This document shows positions 37,130 to 47,061 of a stretch of DNA of 64,000 nt, in pieces (position 1 is the first letter of the stretch; each line of letters begins with the position of its first letter). Position numbers and translations under genes: made by a program. The notes under the pieces are model-generated. The model saw nothing but the letters and a program-made list of their open reading frames with translations, had not been told where the DNA came from and did no database searches. Origin of the DNA: a virus; IMG/VR virus record IMGVR_UViG_3300049137_000157, positions 1 to 64,000 of that record, one strand, 5' to 3'.

Positions 37130-37158
37130 CACTAGGCCATTCGACAGGCCACCACAAC
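37130..37158 (-). promoter_or_regulatory. putative promoter of Y RNA array
   Basis: Minus strand TTGTGG-N17-TAGTGT about 6 nt before unit 3; overlaps half-site GGCCTAG. Confidence 0.5.
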
Positions 37159-37217
37159 TCGTTTTACGAATAGTCTGCCAACCTGGCCCGGTGGGCCGGA
37201 GGTCTCTTGATCGCCCG

Positions 37218-37553
37218 TCAGGCGACGATCAGGTACGTTGCCTCGGCATCCGTCACGGTGAAGGCCCGCTTCAGATCGGGTGTCACAGCGGCGAGGACCT
37301 CTTGCCGTTCGTCGTAGCACGAGACGAGGAGCTGCATGCACCCCGGGCACAGCCGGGCCAGCACGTCATCCCGGATCCGGGCCAGTCGGCTCTTCGACGC
37401 ACAGGCGTCACACACGATCGACCGAGGGTACGCCATGACCATCACCCGGTCGTCGTACGTCGCGTGCGCGACGAGCCGGATCATCTCGGTCCCGTGGTCG
37501 CCCTCGTCGAGCCACTTCTGTACGGCGTCGCGCAGATCGGTCCTCTTGCCCAT
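37218..37553 (-). CDS. hypothetical protein
   Basis: RBS gaggaag; CxxC pairs. Confidence 0.6.
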   Translation of the reverse strand: MGKRTDLRDAVQKWLDEGDHGTEMIRLVAHATYDDRVMVMAYPRSIVCDACASKSRLARIRDDVLARLCPGCMQLLVSCYDERQEVLAAVTPDLKRAFTVTDAEATYLIVA

Positions 37554-37604
37554 CTTCCTCTTCCTTTCCGGTCGCTCAGGTGTATCACCGCCGAGTGCGG
37601 TGGA

Positions 37605-37796
37605 TCAGTACACGTGGTCGCAGCGGATCCAGACGTTGTACTTCACGACGAACCCGCGCCCCGCGCACCAGGGGCAGCTCTTCTTCTGCCGGTGCTCAGG
37701 GCAGTGGAGCCGGAGATTCTTCCGCTCCAGGCATCCCTGACACCCGTTGTTCGGCGGCGGCTCCACGCTGGTGTACGCCACCCTCTCCTCTGCCAC
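37605..37796 (-). CDS. small Cys-rich protein
   Basis: CQGC...C..H...CPWCAGRG. Confidence 0.55.
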   Translation of the reverse strand: MAEERVAYTSVEPPPNNGCQGCLERKNLRLHCPEHRQKKSCPWCAGRGFVVKYNVWIRCDHVY

Positions 37797-38136
37797 GTTC
37801 CTCTCTCTCCTTCCTCCTTACGCGAACGCCGGTCCCCTTGCAGTCCCGGCAGGGCGCTCCGGTCGTCGGGTTGAACATCCCGGCCTCGGAGACCCAGTCC
37901 TGCTCGCTGTCCGGATCGGCTCCGGTGCCCGCACAGGTGTCGCACTGGTTGGGCATCCGCATCTGCACCTCGACCACTGGGCAGTCCGTCTCGTGCAGGT
38001 ACTCACCGCCCTGGCACCACGGGCGACATCGACACAGGGTCGACTCCAGCGCATGGGCGTACGCCTGAGTCTCCCGAAGGACCTTCAGCACGGCTGCCAC
38101 CCTCCGTCCCTCATCGTCAGCTTGGTTTCGCTCCAT
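37696..38136 (-). CDS. protein with DnaJ-type CxxCxGxG zinc finger
   Basis: CDTCAGTG and CRDCKGTG. Confidence 0.55.
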   Translation of the reverse strand: MERNQADDEGRRVAAVLKVLRETQAYAHALESTLCRCRPWCQGGEYLHETDCPVVEVQMRMPNQCDTCAGTGADPDSEQDWVSEAGMFNPTTGAPCRDCKGTGVRVRRKEREERGRGEGGVHQRGAAAEQRVSGMPGAEESPAPLP

Positions 38137-38460
38137 CACTCCGTTTCGCCTTTCAGTACGCAGCTCCACCGATCCGATCGGAGAGAACTCCAACATCAAC
38201 TTTGTGTCGATAATCAACCTGCACAACAGAGGTGGGTTTTCCCCAGCAAGTTGCGCTACGATGACGTCCTGGATGGCATGCCTGACGGCTGCTTTCTGGT
38301 CGCAAGCGAACCTCAGGAACTTCCGTAGTAACCCAGTTGACGCTGGACGGGATGCCTTAGGTGTCGCACCGAGCGCCCTCGACCCTTGCAGCAGTCCGGT
38401 TGGCTCCGGTGTGAGGATCGGGGGCGCTTGGCATGTCCCCGCGAAGTGGAGAAACTTCGG

Positions 38461-38814
38461 TTACGACCGGATCACCGCGCTCGACGAGAATTCCGTGAAG
38501 CCCTCGAACCGCTCGTCGAGCAGCGGCATCAGCCGATTGGCCACTTCCGCTATCCCGATCGTGTTGGGCAGGGTCTGCAAGGAACACTCGGGGCACGCGA
38601 ACGGCTCACCGAAGATCAGGTTCTTCAGCCTGCCGCGCGACCGGCATTCGACGCACTTCTCCGACACCGGCACCACTTTCACCCACACGGCATGACCCGC
38701 GTCTTCGGAGTGAATGTCGAGACGCACGACCTTCCTGAAGTCACCCAGGACAGCGTCCTCCTGCTCCGCCACGAAGGACTGCACCTCACGGAGCAGAGCC
38801 CTACGGTCACTCAC
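38461..38814 (-). CDS. hypothetical Zn-ribbon protein
   Basis: CVEC...CPEC. Confidence 0.55.
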   Translation of the reverse strand: MSDRRALLREVQSFVAEQEDAVLGDFRKVVRLDIHSEDAGHAVWVKVVPVSEKCVECRSRGRLKNLIFGEPFACPECSLQTLPNTIGIAEVANRLMPLLDERFEGFTEFSSSAVIRS

Positions 38815-38815
38815 G

Positions 38816-39193
38816 TCATCTCCCCTTTCCCGTCTTTTCCTCGTCCTGCCGCCGGGCTTCCGCTTCCCAGTCGATGTGTTCTTGCATCGTCCGACGAATG
38901 TGACTGAGGTTGTCCCTCTTGACGCCAACCCGAACGTTGACCGTCAACGCCCGCAGGCGCTCCAGCTCGCCGGGGTACTCCTCGTAGTCCGGCTTGCGGT
39001 AGTCGGCGATGTCTTCCAGGTGATTCAGCAGGTCCTCCCATCCTTGGCCGTACCACTGCGGGCCGACGAGAGCGGTGCCCCCGACCGGAATCGACCGGCA
39101 CCGCGCGATCAGCGCCTGGATCACCTCCAAGCGATACGCATCCACCTCCTCATCCGTGACGCCCTTGACGAGAAGAGCTTTGCGGGCGTTCAC
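38816..39193 (-). CDS. hypothetical protein
   Basis: GTGA overlap. Confidence 0.6.
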   Translation of the reverse strand: MNARKALLVKGVTDEEVDAYRLEVIQALIARCRSIPVGGTALVGPQWYGQGWEDLLNHLEDIADYRKPDYEEYPGELERLRALTVNVRVGVKRDNLSHIRRTMQEHIDWEAEARRQDEEKTGKGR

Positions 39194-39486
39194 CGGGTGT
39201 CTTCGGCGGGATGTGCATCGATCTCCACGGACACCCCGACCGCACGGGCGTACCCCATGAGCGAAGACATCCGGGGGTCTGCGCCGAGGCGTTCGAAGTC
39301 TCGCACCTCCGAAAGGGGCATCTCCATGGCGACAGCCACCTGCTCGACACTGAGGCCGAGCTGGGTGCGGCGTGCCACCAAGGCGGCGATCAGCGACGTG
39401 ATCGTGGTGACGTCCTGGAGCGCCGCCAGCACCTGCGGATCGTCGGGGTCAAGGCCGAGGGACTTGCCGATCGATTTGGTGCTCAC
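39190..39486 (-). CDS. XRE-family HTH protein (HigA-like)
   Basis: LVARRTQLGLSVEQVAVAMEM..S.V..FERLG.DPRMSSL..YARAVG. Confidence 0.8.
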   Translation of the reverse strand: MSTKSIGKSLGLDPDDPQVLAALQDVTTITSLIAALVARRTQLGLSVEQVAVAMEMPLSEVRDFERLGADPRMSSLMGYARAVGVSVEIDAHPAEDTR

Positions 39487-39908
39487 GTCGTTTCCTTCGT
39501 TCGGGGTGCGTCCACCGCGACAGGCACCGGCTTGGGATTGCCCAGGCCGATCGGCCGCTCGGGGCCGCAGGCGTTGAACAGCACCTGACCCGCGAGGGTT
39601 GCCGGATAGGCGGCACCCTGCGGGCGCATGCCTCGGATGCGTGCCGCGTACAAGGGGGCCGTGACGTATGCGAGACCCGCGCCGGACGCGTCCGCGAACG
39701 CCTTCTCCAGCACCGACAGGGTTTCGGGCGTGATCTCCTCGGCGTCGGCCGCGCCCCAGGCGAAGATGTCGCTGACGTTGACCGACAGGCTGATCTTGTT
39801 CTCCTCGGTGACACTCCAGAGGAGATCCTCGCGAACGTCTGCGAGGTAGAAGATCCGGAGGACTCGGGTCAAGAACGGGACGTCGTCTTGTGTGCGCGTA
39901 TCGGTCAT
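39483..39908 (-). CDS. hypothetical protein
   Basis: operonic. Confidence 0.6.
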   Translation of the reverse strand: MTDTRTQDDVPFLTRVLRIFYLADVREDLLWSVTEENKISLSVNVSDIFAWGAADAEEITPETLSVLEKAFADASGAGLAYVTAPLYAARIRGMRPQGAAYPATLAGQVLFNACGPERPIGLGNPKPVPVAVDAPRTKETT

Positions 39909-40267
39909 CGGGCACCACACCATTCTGGGAAGTTTCGCTTGATCTGCTCGTACTCCGCCCGGATCACGGACAGGACATCCCGTCCTTCCGGGAATTCAAA
40001 CCACTCGCCGCGAATGCGGTACCGGCCGAAGCTCTCGTGTAGCGCCCACTCCAGGTCGCGCCCGCCCGGGAAGGTCTCCAGGAGTTCGAGCGCGAAGGGT
40101 GAACCGGTCTGGAAGGAGGACAGCCGTTCCTCGGGAAATCCGTAACCGACCTTCACGGCACGGAACTCCGGCGAGCCGATCACGTAGACGCACGTCCTCT
40201 TCCGCCACTGTCGGTAGACCTGTCGGCGGCGTTTCTCCTCGTCGGCGACGACCTCTTCGGTCTTCAC
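39905..40267 (-). CDS. GIY-YIG nuclease, T5orf172/MUG113-like
   Basis: CVYVIG....VKVGY...ERL..FQTGSP..LE......E..LH..F..YRIRGEWF. Confidence 0.85.
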   Translation of the reverse strand: MKTEEVVADEEKRRRQVYRQWRKRTCVYVIGSPEFRAVKVGYGFPEERLSSFQTGSPFALELLETFPGGRDLEWALHESFGRYRIRGEWFEFPEGRDVLSVIRAEYEQIKRNFPEWCGAR

Positions 40268-40659
40268 CGGCCAGCCTCCGTACAGTCGCAGTCCTCGACG
40301 GTCGTCGCATCGCAGACGTGACTCCCGAGGGGACGGCCCGCGTCCGCGTGCAGCCGGTACCGGTTCACCATGTCGTTGATCTCGTGCCAGAACTTGCTGC
40401 TCTCGCCGTGACGGTCGTGACGGTCCCGCTGATCCTGGAGCCACTTGTCGACGGCGTCCCCGTGGACCGGCTGGAACGTGAGGCGCACACCGTATCGCTT
40501 CTTCCAGTTGTAGCGGACGAACAGGATCGCCCACCCCGGCATGGACGCGATGCGTTTCACCGGCTTCTTGAGGGGGGCCGCGAGCCCCACCTGCATCGTC
40601 TGGGGATTGACGCTTCCCCAGAGGGTGAGCTTGACGCCGGGCCAAACCGGGATCCTCAC
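40264..40659 (-). CDS. hypothetical protein
   Basis: GTGA overlaps. Confidence 0.55.
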   Translation of the reverse strand: MRIPVWPGVKLTLWGSVNPQTMQVGLAAPLKKPVKRIASMPGWAILFVRYNWKKRYGVRLTFQPVHGDAVDKWLQDQRDRHDRHGESSKFWHEINDMVNRYRLHADAGRPLGSHVCDATTVEDCDCTEAGR

Positions 40660-40901
40660 GACGCCGCCCCCTGAGTGATCTGTCGGATGTACTCGGGATC
40701 GCACGTACAGCAGCGGGGCGAGCACTTGCACCCCGGACACGTCGGGGGGTTCAGGTCGCCCAGAGCCCGCAGGACTCGGATGGCTCGCGTCATCCCGCGA
40801 AGGAAGTCTGCACTCTCTCCGATGGAGGCATCCCTGTCCCGTTCCAGACTCTGGGCTGCCGTCTCCAGTACGAGGTGCACGTCGTTCGGGTCCAAGGTCA
40901 T
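40656..40901 (-). CDS. hypothetical protein
   Basis: RBS gaggag. Confidence 0.55.
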   Translation of the reverse strand: MTLDPNDVHLVLETAAQSLERDRDASIGESADFLRGMTRAIRVLRALGDLNPPTCPGCKCSPRCCTCDPEYIRQITQGAAS

Positions 40902-40972
40902 CGCCTTCTCCTCTCTGATCGCTGTGGATCATCTGCTTGCCTTGCCGTCAGGACTGACGTAGGGCCTTTGGG

Positions 40973-41356
40973 TCAGTTGACCCAGCGGCCGTCCTTGATG
41001 ACCTGTCGCCCGTCCTTCAGGGTGAGGTCGGTGATGAAGCTGGAGAGCTTCGTTCCGTCCAGAGCGCGCCGGTCGTAGTCGACGATCCACCACATCTCAC
41101 CGGGCTTGCCGTCGGTGTGGACACGGGTGGCGTAGGCGGGCTCCAGCAGCGAGGCCGCTTCACGCGCCCGAGATTCGGTCGGGAAGTGGATCCCTCCGCA
41201 GGAGTCGTTGATGCCGACCAGGAAGAGGTCGTAGAGGTCGAAGCCGCGCACGTCCAAGATGCTGAGAATCGGTTCGGTGGAGCCGACGGTGTACACGTTG
41301 CGCGGGTGGGTTCGGGTCCATCGGTTGGGCTTGAAGTTGTTCATGTCGATGGTCAT
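40973..41356 (-). CDS. hypothetical protein
   Basis: RBS aggag. Confidence 0.6.
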   Translation of the reverse strand: MTIDMNNFKPNRWTRTHPRNVYTVGSTEPILSILDVRGFDLYDLFLVGINDSCGGIHFPTESRAREAASLLEPAYATRVHTDGKPGEMWWIVDYDRRALDGTKLSSFITDLTLKDGRQVIKDGRWVN

Positions 41357-41502
41357 GAAGACTCCTGCATCGTCGAAGAGGGACTCCGCCCCTTGACGCA
41401 GGGGCGGAGTCCCAGGTTTTCGTTGCTGCCGATTCCGGCTTTTCGGGCCTCGGCCGACGAGGTGCGTTTCTTGCTGTTACATCAACCCCAGGCTTCCGCA
41501 GA

Positions 41503-41766
41503 TCAGGAGACCGCGCGGAGACGGGATCCTCCCTGGCGACGCCCGGACAGCAGGCTCTCGATGTCCTCCAGGGCGCTGTCGAGGGCGTTGATGTAGATCT
41601 CGCGGGCCTGCTCCCGCTCACCCTCGGGGAGCTTCTTGATGTCGGCGAGGAGCTTCGAGGAGCGAACCTCGATCTGCTCCGCCTGGGTGCTGGCCTCAGC
41701 GAAGCGGTCCATCCAGAACTGGGCACGGCTCATGACCGTCACTCCTCCTTTCCGGAGCCGCTCCAT
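41503..41766 (-). CDS. hypothetical protein
   Basis: helical; start uncertain. Confidence 0.55.
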   Translation of the reverse strand: MERLRKGGVTVMSRAQFWMDRFAEASTQAEQIEVRSSKLLADIKKLPEGEREQAREIYINALDSALEDIESLLSGRRQGGSRLRAVS

Positions 41767-41872
41767 GGCGGCTCTGCATGCCTTCAGACGGCATGTTCTT
41801 TTCCTGTCGGTACAGCAGAGGGGGCGCGGAAGGGTTGAGTAACTTCCGCGCCCCCTCTAGGAGTTCAGCCTA

Positions 41873-42145
41873 TCAGGTGGCCTGGGCCATGTCACGAGAG
41901 ACAGGGTTCTGCGAGGCCAGCCGGTTCGCCAAGTAAGCCTGCTCCGCCCAGTCCTCTCCTTCGCAGGCACCTTCGAGCACGTGCCGTCGCACCAGGCTCT
42001 TCACCGCTTCCGGTTCGGAGCCTCGCGCGATGGAGGAGATGGCGAGAGCCCCGAGCATCAGCAGCACTTCTGTCGGGGCACCCGGGTACTCATGCCTGAG
42101 CCAGGACACCAACTGCTCCGTCGTCCATGAGCGCGGCATCGACAT
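41873..42145 (-). CDS. hypothetical protein
   Basis: RBS aggagg. Confidence 0.55.
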   Translation of the reverse strand: MSMPRSWTTEQLVSWLRHEYPGAPTEVLLMLGALAISSIARGSEPEAVKSLVRRHVLEGACEGEDWAEQAYLANRLASQNPVSRDMAQAT

Positions 42146-43643
42146 CCTCCTGGGTCACTTCCTGGATGGTGTCCGGAACCTTCTTCCCCTGCGCCACGAC
42201 GGCCGGGCGCAGAGCCCGGACGTTGCTCTCGTTCTTCTTCTCTTCCCGGACTTCCTGGATCACGTCTCCGCCGAAGACGTCTGCCGTCTCCTCACCGAAG
42301 GATTCGTTCATCCCGGCGAGTCGGCCGGACAGCCACTCCACGCGAACCGACAGCTCCTGGAGCATGCGCTCCAGGTCCACCTGGTCATCGAGACACTTAC
42401 CCGCTGTACGGGTGAGCATCATCTTAATTTCCCTGCGGAACTGTCGTCGATGTACGAGACCGGCCGCCTTGTCCACCTTGGAGATGTCGCTGAACTTGAC
42501 CTTTGGGTTGTTCAGCTTCACCACCAAGGGGCGGAGCTGTTCCGCATCTTTACCCATGTGGGTCAGTTCAGACAAGACCGTCTCGACCGTGGGGGTGACC
42601 CACCTCTTGAGGAGCTTGACGAGCGCGGTGGCCACGTCTCGCAGCTCCTGACTCGTGCGGATGTCCTGCGGGTCCATCCCCGGGTTGTAGCTGTACTGGA
42701 GGATCGACGCGACCAGGCTTCGCTCCACCTCCGCCTCGCCGTAGTCGGGGAAGACCACCGGCTTGCGCCGCTCCTCCTCGGGGATCCGGAGAATCATCTC
42801 GGGACTGCGCTTCACCTGCTCGACGGGCACGTCCTCGAAGTCCTCGGGGGTGAAGCCGTGGTCGTAGTGGTCCGAAAGGTCCGCCTTGTGGTGCGCCAGC
42901 GGAGTGCAGACGATACGCACAGGACACGACAGCTTGCTGATGTCCTTGTACACCGTCTGTCCGAACTGGAGGCCCGCGTTGTCCCGGTCGATGACCACGA
43001 TGATCTCGCTGGCACCGTGGAGGTACTTGGTGAAGCTCCTCCGCCACGTCTTGCAGTTGGTGCTCGTCTCGCCGATCTCCGCGATGTTGCGGTCGGCGTC
43101 CTTCTCGCCTTCCACAATCCAGATGCGCCTGTTTTCGCGGGCCGCGCGGAGGACGTCAGGCAGGTGGTACAGGGTGCGTTCGACAGGTCCAAGAGACCAC
43201 CTTTTTCCGTACCGGGCAGTAGGGTCCGGACGGTAGTAGGAAAAGCCCCTGGGGCAGCCGTCGTTTTTCCGGGAACAGCGGACAACCGTGTAGATCCATT
43301 GCCCGTTCTCGTCGGAGTAGGTGTACTCCCGCTCCTTGTAGCCGGTGCACCCTTCCTTGTGGCACGGCATCCATCCGTCGGTGTCGTCACCTTTGCGGGT
43401 GGTGCGGTGCTCGCTGTCGAAAAGATCATTCATGCGCAGGTCAAGCGCCTCGACGACATGTTCCGTCTCGCAGCCGACCCAGCACTTGACCGTTGCACCC
43501 TTGTCGCCTTGGCGAACGCTGACGGACGGCTTCGTGTCGTTGTGCACCGGACACTGCATCTTGTAGTGAGCGCCTTCGGGCTTCACCTGAAGTCCGTGCT
43601 TCTGCGCCGCGTTGAGGACCTTTTCCACGGCCTCTCCGGCCAT
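42090..43643 (-). CDS. DNA primase-like protein (Zn-binding + TOPRIM + helical C-terminus)
   Basis: CPVHNDTKPSVSV...KCWVGC; IWIVEGEKDAD; IDRDNAG. Confidence 0.85.
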   Translation of the reverse strand: MAGEAVEKVLNAAQKHGLQVKPEGAHYKMQCPVHNDTKPSVSVRQGDKGATVKCWVGCETEHVVEALDLRMNDLFDSEHRTTRKGDDTDGWMPCHKEGCTGYKEREYTYSDENGQWIYTVVRCSRKNDGCPRGFSYYRPDPTARYGKRWSLGPVERTLYHLPDVLRAARENRRIWIVEGEKDADRNIAEIGETSTNCKTWRRSFTKYLHGASEIIVVIDRDNAGLQFGQTVYKDISKLSCPVRIVCTPLAHHKADLSDHYDHGFTPEDFEDVPVEQVKRSPEMILRIPEEERRKPVVFPDYGEAEVERSLVASILQYSYNPGMDPQDIRTSQELRDVATALVKLLKRWVTPTVETVLSELTHMGKDAEQLRPLVVKLNNPKVKFSDISKVDKAAGLVHRRQFRREIKMMLTRTAGKCLDDQVDLERMLQELSVRVEWLSGRLAGMNESFGEETADVFGGDVIQEVREEKKNESNVRALRPAVVAQGKKVPDTIQEVTQEDVDAALMDDGAVGVLAQA

Positions 43644-43711
43644 GTTCACCCTCCCTCGTTCCCCCAAAAATGACGTCCCGTCAACTCCCCATTGGCGGGA
43701 GGCAGATTTGG

Positions 43712-44200
43712 TTAGTCTGCCATGGGATCCGCTTCGTTGTTAGACGTTCGTGATGCCTTCACGGTTGTACCGTCCGGCAGTCGAATCTCTTCCCGCCCCA
43801 CGGCTATCACCGAGGTCATGCCGGGCATGGCCACCGTGACGACGGGGACGGAGTAGCCGGTCGCGATCCGTGTCGCCACCCACTTGTCGTAACCGCTGAC
43901 GCAGACGAGATCCGCGTGTTCGGCGTACCTTTCGCCCGTTCCGTTGCACGGGGCGAGAAGGCTCAGGTTCCGGAGTTCGGTCTCCGAGTCCAGGAGCCTG
44001 AGGCATGCCGTCCAGATGGGGTCCTTGTCGCGTTCCCCCTGGATGAGCAGGAGGGTGCGGAGCTGGGACGTGGCCGCCCCGAGCAAGGTCTGGGCGATGT
44101 GGTCGACGGCGCTTCCGCCGTCGCCGACGTAGCCGTACACCCGGCCTGGTTCAAAGCCGAAGGCAGGGTGGGCCACGCTGATGGGCCCAGCCTTGATCAT
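43712..44200 (-). CDS. hypothetical protein
   Basis: RBS aaaggag. Confidence 0.55.
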   Translation of the reverse strand: MIKAGPISVAHPAFGFEPGRVYGYVGDGGSAVDHIAQTLLGAATSQLRTLLLIQGERDKDPIWTACLRLLDSETELRNLSLLAPCNGTGERYAEHADLVCVSGYDKWVATRIATGYSVPVVTVAMPGMTSVIAVGREEIRLPDGTTVKASRTSNNEADPMAD

Positions 44201-44244
44201 TTCTTCTCCTTTCCGCGTGTTCCCGCAAGAACACGGTACTGCAT

Positions 44245-44254
44245 GACCTAGGCC
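44245..44254. promoter_or_regulatory. GACCTAGGCC site (1 mismatch)
   Basis: Intergenic, upstream of 43712..44200. Confidence 0.6.
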
Positions 44255-44437
44255 AGTTCCAAGGGTGTCGGAGTGTCTGGCCACATGTGGACGGCCCTGT
44301 CCGATTGGTCCTCTCAGACAAGACGGCAGGCGGCCCCCGGACATACACGTCAGCATCCGGAGACCGCCCCGCAGAGATCCCACGGGCCACAGGCTAACAT
44401 CCGGAGCATGTCTGGATGTTGACCGGCAAGACGTGAA

Positions 44438-45127
44438 TCAGAAGAGGGTCTTCCGTCCGTCGAACCGACGAACCGATCGAATGATGACCTCGCCTTGCCC
44501 GACCGCATACTCCACCACGACTCCGAGGGTGACCTGGACGATCCGTTCCTGGTCCGCACCTGCCCGCAGGGGCTGGGACGGGGCGGCGTACGGGTTGTTC
44601 CCGAGTACCGCAGCGGCCTGATCCACCGTCCGCCGTCGGTCGGCATCGAGTTCATCGCGCGCCGCAGCAGCCTCTTCAGACCACTCCACCTGATACCTCG
44701 ACCCGGGAATCTCATCCGCCTGTTCACCCGAACGGATTACCCGATCACCATCTCGCCAGGTCACCGGCTCGCCATCCGGGGTCAGCCCCATGTGAGCGCC
44801 GTGTCCCGGACGTTCAGGCAGGGTGCACATCACACTGGCGAGCCACCCGTTCCTGTTGACGGTCACCTGCCTGCCACACCCTCCGAGTTCGGGCACCTGA
44901 AGGGTGACGATCTGGTATTCGCCATGCCGGATCCGCGTCAGGTACCCGTCGTCCAGCATCCGTTTGTACCAATAGGAGACGTTGGCCGTGCTGGTGTTGA
45001 GCGCCTCGGCGACCTCCACCTGCCCCGGAGCCGAGAAGCCCGGCTCGTACCCCATGGACCGCAGTAGCTCCAGCACCGGTCGGTACACCGGCCTGTCGCT
45101 GGATTCGCGCTTCCGCCCCGTCACCAC
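44438..45127 (-). CDS. winged-helix DNA-binding protein
   Basis: QVEVAEALNTSTANVSYWYKRMLDDGYLTR. Confidence 0.65.
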   Translation of the reverse strand: MVTGRKRESSDRPVYRPVLELLRSMGYEPGFSAPGQVEVAEALNTSTANVSYWYKRMLDDGYLTRIRHGEYQIVTLQVPELGGCGRQVTVNRNGWLASVMCTLPERPGHGAHMGLTPDGEPVTWRDGDRVIRSGEQADEIPGSRYQVEWSEEAAAARDELDADRRRTVDQAAAVLGNNPYAAPSQPLRAGADQERIVQVTLGVVVEYAVGQGEVIIRSVRRFDGRKTLF

Positions 45128-45216
45128 CCCTCCCTTCCCGTCGTCCTGTCCTTGTCCGGCATCGGCATCCTTTCGTCCGGTGAACGGGTCCCCGCAAGGT
45201 CTTTTTCACAGGCTCG

Positions 45217-45648
45217 TCAGAACCGGGCCCCGTCCACGATCTCGGCGTCCGTGGCGGCGAGCATCTTCTTCCTCACGCTCTCCACCTGGGGCATATCTGA
45301 TATCCGGAAGCGTCGAGGAAGATCGAGAACCGCTTCCTCCCCTCGCTGGAGAAGCCCGAGGATCCGCTTGAGGCAGTGGCCCACGTAGACCAGCTTGGCC
45401 GCCTCCCAGGTCCAGATCTCGAACATGTCCCGAACGTGCTCACGCCGCATTCCGAGGTGCGCCGTCTTCAGCCGCACCCGGGCCCGGTCCGCCTTCTCCT
45501 TCGCCTCGTGGTACTTGGACCCGACCCACTCCAGCTCCCGGCGGACGAGGTCTTCCTCGCCGGGGGAGAGCACGAGTAACTCCCCCGGAGCGACGAGACG
45601 ACCGAGAGGCCCGAGATCGTCAGCCACCAGGAATTCTCCTCGTATCAC
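45217..45648 (-). CDS. hypothetical protein
   Basis: overlaps DnaB stop. Confidence 0.55.
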   Translation of the reverse strand: MIRGEFLVADDLGPLGRLVAPGELLVLSPGEEDLVRRELEWVGSKYHEAKEKADRARVRLKTAHLGMRREHVRDMFEIWTWEAAKLVYVGHCLKRILGLLQRGEEAVLDLPRRFRISDMPQVESVRKKMLAATDAEIVDGARF

Positions 45649-47036
45649 TTCGCCATCACCGGCCCGTTGTTGGTGCCCGAGTAGGAGAAGCTCGCGCTCG
45701 GCGGCAGGAACCGCTGGCGCGGACCGTCGAACTTCAGCGGAACATCCGCGAGACGGCCGCTCCGGTTCTTCGTGACGATCAGCTCGGCGTTGTGGTCGGT
45801 GGCCTCTTCGGACTCACCCAGCAGCCTGCGGATCATGATGATCAACCAAGCCGCGTTCTCGATCTTCGTGCCGTTGAGCAGGTCCGTGTTCTGCGGAACC
45901 GAGTCCTCCTGGCCCGCCGGGGGCTTCTTGAGCTGCGAGCCCACCATGACGTGGACGTTGAGCTTGAGCGCCGCCTCGTTGAGCGTGGTGATGACCTCCT
46001 GCATCCGCTGGTTGTCATCGGCCCGGTCATTGTCCGACCGGATCGCCTGCGCGTAGTCGACGATCACGAGCTGGACGCCCAGCTCCCGCACGGCCCGCTG
46101 GGCCCGCAGGTGGATCTCACTGGCCGAAGCTCCGGGGATGTAGGACACGTAGTACGGCACGTCGTCCTGCCGGGCGGCCCACGCGGTGGCCCGCTCCAGC
46201 TCCGCATCCGTGAGGGTGTTCTCCTCCAGGTGCTTCAGCGGGATGTTGCACTCCGAGGCGACCGCCTTGTGGGTCATCGACTCCCGGTTCATCTCCAGAC
46301 TGAAGAAGATCGTCGGGATGCCGAGCACCACGGAGGCGAAGCGGGCGATCTGCGACATCAGCGTGGTCTTGCCGTGACCCGAGCGGGCTCCCACGGCAGA
46401 GAGTGCCCCGAGCTTCAGCCCCCCAATGATCTCGTCAAGATCGTCGAGACCCGTCCGGATCCGGACGCCGGGTTCGGTGATGCCGAAGACGGTGCCGAGT
46501 CCCTCCATCACCAGCTTGGATCCGCCGTACGGCGCTCCGTCCTCGGACACCCCGACGTCTGCGGCCTTCGTGACCAGATCGGACGCCTCGGCGATAGCGT
46601 CGTCCGTGGGCTTCTCGCCGGACTCCACCAGGATCTGGGCGTCCCTCAGGGCTTCGCTGACCATGCGCCTACGGGCCATGTCCCGGATGATCCTGGCGGA
46701 GGCGATGACCTGGGCGGGGTTGATCACCATGCCATTGAGGTCGTACAGGTGGTCCAGCACCTCGTCGGTGGCGTCGCCGACCTCGTTGAGCTGCTCATGG
46801 ACCAGTTCCAGACGGCAGGATTCCTCGACCGCGACGGCCCTGAGGATCGCCTCAAAGATGATCTTGTTGGTCTGCTTCGTGAAGGCGTCCCGGCCGACGT
46901 CGAGAAGGCTCTCGAAAACCTCGGGGCCGACGTCGAGCGTGCGGCCCGAAGTGTTGATGAGCCCGGCGAGGACATTGTCCTCCGCCCCCTGGTTGATCAG
47001 GGGGATCCGGCGCTCCATCTTCAGGACTTCACCCAT
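45645..47036 (-). CDS. dnaB: replicative DNA helicase, DnaB family
   Basis: N-term AEDNVLAGLI; Walker A GARSGHGKT; FSLEM; VIVDYAQ; GSQL; KNRSG. Confidence 0.93.
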   Translation of the reverse strand: MGEVLKMERRIPLINQGAEDNVLAGLINTSGRTLDVGPEVFESLLDVGRDAFTKQTNKIIFEAILRAVAVEESCRLELVHEQLNEVGDATDEVLDHLYDLNGMVINPAQVIASARIIRDMARRRMVSEALRDAQILVESGEKPTDDAIAEASDLVTKAADVGVSEDGAPYGGSKLVMEGLGTVFGITEPGVRIRTGLDDLDEIIGGLKLGALSAVGARSGHGKTTLMSQIARFASVVLGIPTIFFSLEMNRESMTHKAVASECNIPLKHLEENTLTDAELERATAWAARQDDVPYYVSYIPGASASEIHLRAQRAVRELGVQLVIVDYAQAIRSDNDRADDNQRMQEVITTLNEAALKLNVHVMVGSQLKKPPAGQEDSVPQNTDLLNGTKIENAAWLIIMIRRLLGESEEATDHNAELIVTKNRSGRLADVPLKFDGPRQRFLPPSASFSYSGTNNGPVMAK

Positions 47037-47061
47037 CTCTTTTCCTTTCCGGAGTAACGCG

